Positions 1 through 8,100 of a stretch of DNA of 28,520 nucleotides are shown piece by piece. The stretch is from a virus (Duplodnaviria; Caudoviricetes). The position numbers and the translations under genes are program-made. The notes beneath the pieces were generated by a model. That model saw only the letters and a program-made list of their open reading frames with translations, did not search any database and was not told the DNA's origin. The stretch's first letter is position 1, and each line of letters begins with the position of its first letter. The stretch lies in IMG/VR virus record IMGVR_UViG_3300024228_000018, positions 1 to 28,520 of that record; one strand, written 5' to 3'.

Positions 1-1014
1 ATATTATTTAAAGGAAACGTTAACAAAGCGAATCCAGCAGCATATAAAGATAATGGATTAAAGGTTCACATGACTAATATATGTAGCGAAATAACGTTGC
101 ATACAGACGAGAATCATAGCTTTGTATGCTGTTTGTCGTCATTAAACTTATCTAAATATGAAGAATGGAAAGACACTAATCTTATATACGACTCTATCTG
201 GTTTCTTGATGGAGTTATGGAAGAATTTATTCAAAGAGCAAAAGGACTTAGAGGATTTGAAAACGCAATACGATCAGCTCAAAAAGGAAGGGCCTTGGGC
301 TTGGGGGTCCTCGGATGGCATACGTATCTCCAAGAAAAAGGTATTCCTTTCGAAGGTTTACTATCTCAGTTTGAGACTAGGAAAATTTTTAGCCAAATTA
401 AGATTGAAAGCGAAAGAGCTTCTATGGCACTTGCTGAGACTTATGGTGAACCTTTGTGGTGTGCTGGTAGCGGTATGCGCAATACTCACCTGCGTGCTGT
501 TGCTCCCACTGTTAGTAATTCAAAACTTGGTGGCAATGTCTCGCCAGGAATAGAGCCTTGGGCTGCTAATGTATTTACAGAGCAATCTGCTAAAGGTACA
601 TTTATACGTAAAAACCCTACACTTTTAAAGTTATTAAGAAAACATAAATTAAATACTAATGAAATATGGAATAAGATCCTTGCTGACGGAGGCTCGGTTC
701 AGGATATCGATGAGCTTGGTGATATTACTATGGGGCACGATATACCAGCTAAAGAAGTTTTTAAAACTTTTAAAGAAATAAACCAACTGGAACTAGTAAA
801 TCAAGCTGGCATACGCCAACAATACATAGATCAGTCGGTTAGTTTGAATCTCGCTTTCCCTAGTGAAGCAACGCCTAAGTGGCTTAATAAAGTGCACTTT
901 GATGCTTGGAAAAACGGAGTAAAGACTTTATATTATACGAGAACAGAAAGTGTTCTACGTGGAGATATTGCACAGCAAGCAATGAATGAGGATTGTCTTG
1001 CGTGCGATGGTTAG
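1..1014 (+). CDS. nrdA: Ribonucleotide reductase class I alpha subunit, C-terminal part (5' end outside window)
   Basis: Frame is open from base 1 (ILFKGNVNKANP...), so the track start at 70 is internal. Motifs: TNICSEI (catalytic N-x-C-x-E), VCCLSSLNL, RALGLGVLG, AVAPTVSNS, SPGIEP, KTLYY (radical-relay tyrosines) and a C-terminal CLAC redox pair. Confidence 0.95.
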   Translation: MLFKGNVNKANPAAYKDNGLKVHMTNICSEITLHTDENHSFVCCLSSLNLSKYEEWKDTNLIYDSIWFLDGVMEEFIQRAKGLRGFENAIRSAQKGRALGLGVLGWHTYLQEKGIPFEGLLSQFETRKIFSQIKIESERASMALAETYGEPLWCAGSGMRNTHLRAVAPTVSNSKLGGNVSPGIEPWAANVFTEQSAKGTFIRKNPTLLKLLRKHKLNTNEIWNKILADGGSVQDIDELGDITMGHDIPAKEVFKTFKEINQLELVNQAGIRQQYIDQSVSLNLAFPSEATPKWLNKVHFDAWKNGVKTLYYTRTESVLRGDIAQQAMNEDCLACDG

Positions 1015-1024
1015 TTTGTTTGTT

Positions 1025-1056
1025 AAAAAAGGGAGGTGTGGTGCCTCCTTTTTTTT
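1025..1056. terminator. Bidirectional intrinsic terminator between convergent nrdA and the late operon
   Basis: AAAAAA-GGGAGGT-GTGGT-GCCTCC-TTTTTTTT: GC-rich stem (GGAGG/CCTCC) flanked by an A tract and a T tract, located exactly at the convergence point. Confidence 0.85.
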
Positions 1057-1150
1057 ATTCTTTTTCTCTATAATTATGAAACATCAATCTATACATTAAT
1101 CTATTCCATAAATTCTGTAATTTGTCAATAAACAATTTTATTTTCTTCAT
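1055..1150 (-). CDS. 31-aa cationic amphipathic peptide (not in ORF track), last gene of the lysis cassette
   Basis: Manual translation MKKIKLFIDKLQNLWNRLMYRLMFHNYREKE*. The ATG lies 10 nt after the amidase stop, behind the leader AAATAAAAAA, and the ORF fills the gap up to the terminator. Confidence 0.65.
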   Translation of the reverse strand: MKKIKLFIDKLQNLWNRLMYRLMFHNYREKE

Positions 1151-1160
1151 TTTTTTATTT

Positions 1161-1586
1161 TTATAAGTTACAATATTCTTCTTTAACATTAAAACAAGGA
1201 CACGCTTTTGCGGCAAATTCATTATGCCCATGAACAGTAGCCTCTGGGTTTAATCTCTTTAGTGTTTTTATCAAATCTAATAAGCTTTCTTTTTGTTCTA
1301 GCGTTCTAGTATCCTTGGCGATCCATTTGCCATTAGAGCCGCGTTCTGATTCAACACCTCCAATATAACAAATACCTATAGATCCTTTATTGTGGTTCTT
1401 AACATGCGCACCTTGTTTATCTATGGGCCTACCGTATTCAATGTTTCCATTTAAGGACACAACATAATGATACCCTATTCCGCTCCAACCTCTATCTCGA
1501 TGCCATCTATCTATGACAGCAGCGGATATATCTTCGCCTTCTCTTGTAGCAGAGCAGTGTATTATTATTTTATTTATCTTCCTCAC
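1161..1586 (-). CDS. Endolysin, N-acetylmuramoyl-L-alanine amidase (Amidase_2, T7 lysozyme-like)
   Basis: IIIHCSAT, IGYHYVV, GAHVKNHNKGSIGICYIGG and HGHNEFAAKACPCF give the His/His/Cys zinc ligands and catalytic Tyr typical of T7 gp3.5-like amidases. GTG start. Confidence 0.93.
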   Translation of the reverse strand: MRKINKIIIHCSATREGEDISAAVIDRWHRDRGWSGIGYHYVVSLNGNIEYGRPIDKQGAHVKNHNKGSIGICYIGGVESERGSNGKWIAKDTRTLEQKESLLDLIKTLKRLNPEATVHGHNEFAAKACPCFNVKEEYCNL

Positions 1587-1728
1587 GTACTTTTGACCAT
1601 TTAGATATAGTGTAACCTATAGTTACTACTAATAATATTATTTTTAACCAATCTTCTATTTGCGTAAAAGTTGTAACCCCTAGTGTACTGCCGTTTATGG
1701 CGTATAACTTAATTTCCTGTAGACTCAT
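1570..1728 (-). CDS. 52-aa small membrane protein, putative holin (not in ORF track)
   Basis: Manual translation MSLQEIKLYAINGSTLGVTTFTQIEDWLKIILLVVTIGYTISKWSKVREEDK*. Hydrophobic segment WLKIILLVVTIGYTI and a charged tail. ATGA overlap with the upstream gene; its end overlaps the amidase start. Confidence 0.7.
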   Translation of the reverse strand: MSLQEIKLYAINGSTLGVTTFTQIEDWLKIILLVVTIGYTISKWSKVREEDK

Positions 1729-1964
1729 TTCTTTTTTTTATATTTGCTTACGCGCCCTTTTTGATTTTTTTCTTTTTGAGCAGCAGCTTTTTCTGCGGCG
1801 GTTAACTCGCTCCAAGTTGACGGTGTATCTTTGCTTATTTTCTTAGTTGGTCTAAATGTATTTTCTCCATCACTGTAATCTTCTTTACCGCTTGGGGTTT
1901 CCCATTCCTCTTCAAACCAACGCCTGAGACTTTTAAACGGAGATGGTTTCATTTTAAATGCCAT
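1725..1964 (-). CDS. 79-aa basic hypothetical protein (LRRWFEEEW...RPTKKIS motif); probable start at 1964 rather than 2159
   Basis: ATG (MAFKMKPSPF) lies 1 nt after the stop of the 76-aa gene. The longer track ORF would overlap that gene by about 190 nt. Confidence 0.75.
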   Translation of the reverse strand: MAFKMKPSPFKSLRRWFEEEWETPSGKEDYSDGENTFRPTKKISKDTPSTWSELTAAEKAAAQKEKNQKGRVSKYKKKK

Positions 1965-1965
1965 G

Positions 1966-2196
1966 CTACTTAGATTTATTTCCCCAGTTAGCAGCGCCAA
2001 CTTTTCTACATTTAACCAAAGCACCACTCGCATAAGCTGATGGCCATTTCTTATACCTGCTTTTAACTTTACTATAGCAAGCGTCTTTTTTTGTAGCTGG
2101 CGAAGACGGTGTGCAATTGCAATTCTTTCCTTTGCATTTGTTGCAGTAAGTTGTAGCACCTACTTTACTTGTTTTTGCTGTGATTGGTTTGCTCAT
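1966..2196 (-). CDS. 76-aa basic Cys-containing hypothetical protein (WPSAYASGALVKCRK motif, recalled as DUF5872-like)
   Basis: Packed tightly between neighbours (1-nt gaps). Contains YCNKCKGKNCNC and KKDACYSKVKSRYKKWPSAYASGALVKCRK. The family name is from memory and unverified. Confidence 0.75.
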   Translation of the reverse strand: MSKPITAKTSKVGATTYCNKCKGKNCNCTPSSPATKKDACYSKVKSRYKKWPSAYASGALVKCRKVGAANWGNKSK

Positions 2197-2197
2197 A

Positions 2198-5100
2198 TTA
2201 ATTTCTTTTTTTCCATTTAGAACCAGATGTTCCTCTTTTTTTCCATTTAGTTGTTCCTCCGAATTTACTTTTAGATTCCTTCTTTTGTACTAAGCCTAAA
2301 TCCCATTGACTATAACCTAATAGTAATGCAACTTTTTGCCAGTATTTTGTATCATCGCTAAAAACAACCCTTAAGTTATCTAGTTTTCTAACAACCCTAT
2401 CTACTGGTATATTAGTAAAAGCAGAGATAGATTGACCTACTGCATAGTAAGCAGGGTTGTCTAATCCAAATCCTTTCATTTTTTCTCTAGTAGTTTTATA
2501 ACTAAAAGCTCTACCTGTGCTAAGTACTTTTCTTATTTTAGAATCTACCGGCGGTGATATACTAAGCATTCTTAAACCAGCTTGCGTATAATCAGGTCTG
2601 TCTTTATTTGATTGCTTATTAATTTCAAATAATATATTTTTTATAGTAGAAGCAATAGCTCCGTAAACACCTGTACCTCTAAGCAAAGAATCTAACATGG
2701 AATTAGCAGCTCTTAATTGCTTATCTTCAATCATTTCTTCGTCATCATCTTCAAATAAAGCAGCAAACATTGCTGATTGCAAAGATGAGAAGATCATATT
2801 CTGCACTGTAGTGTAATATATTATTTTAGTTATATTAGTCTTATAGTCCCCTCGGCCATTTTTAAGATCTAAAACAGCCTTCTTAGTTAATCTCATGTAT
2901 TGCATAGGGGTGTTTGCAAAAGCCAGTATAATACGCCCTAATGGACTAGCTTGTTGTTGAGATACTCTATCCGGTCTGGATGACTGCTGTGTTTCTTCTG
3001 CTATCTCTTGAAAATCTAAAAAAGCTTTTTCTTTTGCAGAAGCCTCTGACATACCGTCTTCTTTGTACTTATTTATTCTATTTCTAATAAACGATGCTCC
3101 CCCCATTGCTATAGCGAAACTATCCGCTATTTGAGTAGGTAAGAAACCTGCTTTAAGTATTGCGCTGAGAGCGGCTTTATATTTATTAGTAGCCGTCTCC
3201 GCTGCTCTTGCAATGTCATCTGCGTTTACGTCATTTTTTAAACCAGACCTTCTCTGCTTTAAGAAATCAGAGTTGAACAGCATACTAAAGTCTTTCCAAA
3301 ATTGATCTTGATCTGCAAAAGCCTCTGCTGCAGCTATAGGGTTGTTATCACCCCAGTTTACAAAGTTTACAATAGATAATGTTTGTAATAAAGCTGATCT
3401 AGTATTAAAGAACATTATAGTACCCACAGAGTCATTTACCCAATTCATAAAGTTATTAGTAAGCTTGTTTGCTCCTATAGGTCTATTTCGACCTGTCTTC
3501 ATTCTGTAAAGTATATCCTCAAGAGCTTCAGTGTAGTTTTCACCAAATTGTAACCTCAGCTTATTCATGTTGTCCTTAGAGAATACTACATCTGCGTTTT
3601 GCTGCCAAGCTTCTAAAAACTCAGCCCTCTTAGTTGTGTTTATCATACCTATGGCATCAGTGGTAATAGTACCAGAATACCAATTACTAGTAGGTTCAGG
3701 ATAGCCACCTAATGTAGCCTGTATTTGTTTCGCAAATCTTAGCAACTCAGGATTACCCTGTACAACTTTTATTAAGTCGCTTCTTTCTTGTTTTGATAAA
3801 CCAGGTATTGCATGACCATTCTTAGCCCACAATATAACCCTTAACGCCATTTCATTTGTAAATCCGGTGGAGTTTGTTTTCTCTAAACCAGATGGGACAT
3901 CTTTAAAGCTTTTAATAAGTTCTTTAACTATCCCCGTCGCGTTCTCTTTATATGATTCAAAATCTCTATAACCTTTAGCATAAGGATCTAGTAATGCTTT
4001 CTTAAACCAAGCAGCGTGAGCGTCTCCTTTTTTTCCTTCCCCCATTAAAGGGTACAATAGCCCAACAAAATCCTCAGCTGAGTAAGGTACAAAAAACTTA
4101 AACTTATCTTTTGTTTTACCTATAACTTTACTTGCGGCTTCAAAGATTTTAGTGTTAGCTCCTATTCCAGTAACATCTTCTATTATTTTGTTAAAGTCTT
4201 TATTTATATTTTTAGAGAATTGAACCTTTGCCTGATGCACTTTGGATTTTACGTCGGCCTCTTCAAGAACCCCTTGCACCGCTTTAACATTTTTATAAGC
4301 GTCATCTGCAAAATAGAAATCGTTATATCCTTCAGCTACTTTATCAATAACCCATTGTGCTTTCGCTAAAGCTGTGCCATCGCCTAGTCCAACTATATTC
4401 TCTAATTTAATATCTAAGCCAATACCTTTTAAAAACTCGTGTATAGCATATTTTGAATTCGCTGGTCGAGCGGTTAAAATGTACACGTTGCTGTTACCAA
4501 ACTTTTTATTACGAGCCATTGCTTTGTCGAACATAGGGCCTTTAGCCCCCTGCATAACCTTACTAAATTCGCTAAAATCAAAGGAAGCACCTTTAGCTGT
4601 TAACTGATCTGCCTGCAAAGCAAACTCAGTGGCATTTATTTTTCCTTTTGTGCCATCTGGCAATGTATATAAAACATTACTTTTAGTTGTAGCCAATGTG
4701 TCATCAAAGTCCCAAACGCTAATACCTTTTTGAGTAGCATCAGGTCTATTAACCATAGCTTTAGCTTTGTTAAGAGTTTTGCTAAATTGCAACAATTTAT
4801 GCTTTTTCATCTCAGCTCTAACTTCTGCTTGCTGAGCAGGTGTTAAATACTTATACGTTCTTTGAAATCCTTGTTTGTTTTTGAATGCTTTAGTTTTGCC
4901 AAACAAAGACATAGTAACCACATCAGCCATATCAAATGGATCCCAGTTATATTTTGTTTTAGAAAACTGTATTATTTTTTTAGTTTCCAAAAAATCTTTA
5001 ACGCGCTGGTCGGTGTATCTTTCTTTACCTCTCCATCCCTTTTCCTTTTGAACTTTTCTTAAAAGCGCATCGAATTCCCTAGACACTAAGTTTACTTTAG

Positions 5101-8100
5101 CACCTTCCAGAAAGTTAATTAGTTCTGGTCTTTCTATTTTTCCATCGACAAAATCTTTCCATGCTTTAAACACCTCAACAGCTTCGGTTTCATGCTCAAG
5201 TATAGAGTCTTTAACCGATAGCCCCTCCATCGCAAATCCTGCTGAGTTCATTTTTCTTATAACTCCTCTTTGATCTGCACTTATTAAAGAAAGAAAACCT
5301 ACAAAAGAATCTCCATTCTTATTGTATATAGCTTTTTGAGCCTCATTAAGTAGCCACTCTCTAACCTCTGTAGCTTCTTCGTTTATAGTTTTAACATTGT
5401 TAATGAAGTCTGCTTTTATGTTAGTTACGTCAGCTAAACCTTGTAGCCTTACCCCATCTTTAAGGATATAAGACCTGTTTTTTTCTGTATCTACTTCTTT
5501 GGTAAATCCATATTTTTCAGGGTCGCCTAATACTGGCTTCAGTATTTTATCGTACACTTGCTCATTTCTTGTTATGCCATCAAGCTTAAGTGTTCTTATA
5601 GATCTGCTTATGTACCTTAAAAAAAGCTCTGCAACCTCCGCTTTCGCTTTGGTTCCCTTTACATTATTGAATGAAGATTTAAAGTTTGTTAAGGAATAAT
5701 CAAACCCAATAACTTTTTGTTGGTACTTATATACTTTTTGATGTTCGTTTATAGCGCTTATTAAAAACTTAACAGTATCTGTGTAATTTAGCTTGTTTGC
5801 TAATAGCTTTAATAATTCTGCTCTATATGTTCTAACGCTGTTCTTGTTTAAAGTATCATTGCCAGCATTCCATACAAGCTCTGCTAGACCTTTAAAATCT
5901 TTTACTTTATCAAGACCCTTTATGATATCTTCAACCACCTTTGTTTTAAAGTCGTTGTTAGAAGGTTTTTCTAATAAAGGATTTAAAGCTTTAGATATGT
6001 TTTGTTTTTGTTCGACAGTAACAGTTTTAGAAAATTGTATAATATCAAAGCCTGTTTTTTCGCCTTTGTATCTATCAAGTTGACTTTGAAGATCATTTAA
6101 TTGAGATTCTATTATAATACCCGCCTGAACGTCTAAAGAAGTATCAGGAGCTAACTCTTGTATTGATTTTAATTGGCCTAAGTTTTCCGCAGTTGCATAG
6201 TCGGCAACAATTTGCTTAGCTAATGGCTCAAGTATCTCTCTAAATAATTGCTTTTGTCTTTCTAATACCGCAGACTTTTTCCCCTTTACAAAATAAGTTA
6301 AAAAGGTTTTCTTATCGATTGGTTTGATTCTAAAAACAGGATTACCCTCTGCTGTTAATTCTCTACCAACTTTCTCAGTAGGGAATAACTTACCGTAGCT
6401 CTTCTTAATGCTTTTAATTGGTAAAGCTTTAGTTACTATGTCAAATGTATTCGGATCGTTTAGAAAGTCTATATAAGCTCCTGGGATGACTGCGTTGGGG
6501 TATACGCCCGTAATGGCCCCTGTTTTTTTCATTAGCTTTTTAAACAATTGTTTGTTAACATAGTTTTCAAGCCAAGAAACAATATAAGTATCTCTTCCTT
6601 TTTTAACCGATATAGTTTCAGATAGAGTACCTTTCTGCACTCTCACTCTTATTTCTTTTTCTAAGTCAGATTTAATGTCATCTATTAAATCCTGATCTAC
6701 TATGTCTAGCTCATTAAACGTACGCTGACCCCTTTCTACATTACCACTTCTATCTATGGACTGAGTATCTTTAGTAGCGACAACACCTTTAGCATCATCT
6801 AAATTAGATGTAAATTCAGTGTTAGCCTCCTTAAACATTAAAGACTGTCTAGTTTGCACTATCTTTTTTACATAACCAGCTAAATCTTTGTTTTTAGCAG
6901 GGTTGTATGTACGGATAGCAGCAATTACTTCTGCCCTTAGTATAGCCAAAGCATCTTGAAACTCTAAAGCCTCAGGCGCAAATTGTTTAAACTTTTGTTG
7001 AACAATAGTATTGATATAGCCCTCAAACATTGGTACTAATTTACGTTCCACTGGAGCAGGTAAAGGTTTACTAGCTGTGTATTCTTTTCTTTCAATACCA
7101 TACATGCCTACATTGTACTGGTCCATTATTTTTTGGGATAACGGATCTCTAGGCCCTAAGTCTGTTGTTCTTGTTGGTTTATCAGGTCTTTCTTTTTTAA
7201 CTTTTGGCTTAGCTTTTGGCTTTGGGGGAGTTTTAACAACAGCTTGTGGGTTTGCCGCAGCTTCCTCTGCAGCGTCTAATGCTGCCTCAGCTGCTTCTAA
7301 GTTAGCTTCAAATCTAGGATCGTTTGGGTCTGCGTTTTGTGCATTTTCATAATCAAGCTCAGCCTCCTCTACGGTTTTAGAAAATTCAATTCCATCTTGT
7401 AACCCAGCATCGCTTAAGTCAACATCTTTAAGAGCTGCTGCTGCTTTTGATGTTAATTTACCTTGTTCGGCACTTTGGTCAAACTCTTTAATGAAATTGT
7501 ATACATCTTTACCGGATTCAAAACCTATATTGGTATAACCTACAGGTTTAAAAACACCCACTACAGCATCACCTATTTTTTCAAATGTTGTCTTATCGTA
7601 GTTAATTTGTTTTTTACGAAGCGCATCAGAAAATACATTAACATATTCTGTATTATATGCTTTTCCCGTATATCCCCTCTCTTTCATTTTAGCGTCAACA
7701 AAATTCCTTTGAGAAGAGGTCATCGATTTTCTAAATTGACGAACCATTTTACCTTGCTCTTTTACGCCACCAATAAGCTTATTAAGTACTGGGTGTAGTA
7801 CCTCGTGCATTCCTGCATTAATAGAACCTGTTTTTCTAGCTATATCTTTATCTATAACTATCTTGTTACCAATAGCAAAAGCAGATACATCAAATCCTTT
7901 GTCTTTGTTATCAAAGTAAGTTTTTCTAGTTTCCTCACTTACTTTATCGCTATTCATTAAAGACTCAACCTCAGCTGTTGTAAAAACATCCATTTCTAAG
8001 CCTTTTTCTTTAGCTATAGTTTTTGCGGAGGCTATATTTTGCTCAAGGTTCATGTCAATAAGTTGCTGACGCGCCCCATCATATTCAGATTTAAAACCCT

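Noticed and set aside
158-553. 131-aa alternative-frame ORF inside nrdA with a hydrophobic stretch
   Set aside because: Lies wholly within a strongly conserved RNR region and has no leader or motif. Most likely a shadow ORF.
1965-2159. N-terminal extension of the 144-aa track ORF, and a G-GGA-AAT slippery heptamer near the end of the 76-aa gene
   Set aside because: A -1 shift at that heptamer hits TAA immediately, and the downstream gene is in the +1 frame. The extension starts at TTG and overlaps a better gene.
4555-4580. Sixth FSK occurrence (DFSEFSKVM)
   Set aside because: It lies inside the HAD domain between motifs I and II and lacks the preceding aliphatic residue and following T/N, so it is not counted as a linker.
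4697-4711. DFDDT as a possible crAss-type virion RNA polymerase catalytic motif (DFDID/DxDGD)
   Set aside because: The context is hhhDxDxT followed by LTAR, K and DD, which is a HAD phosphatase. I found no polymerase motif in the protein.
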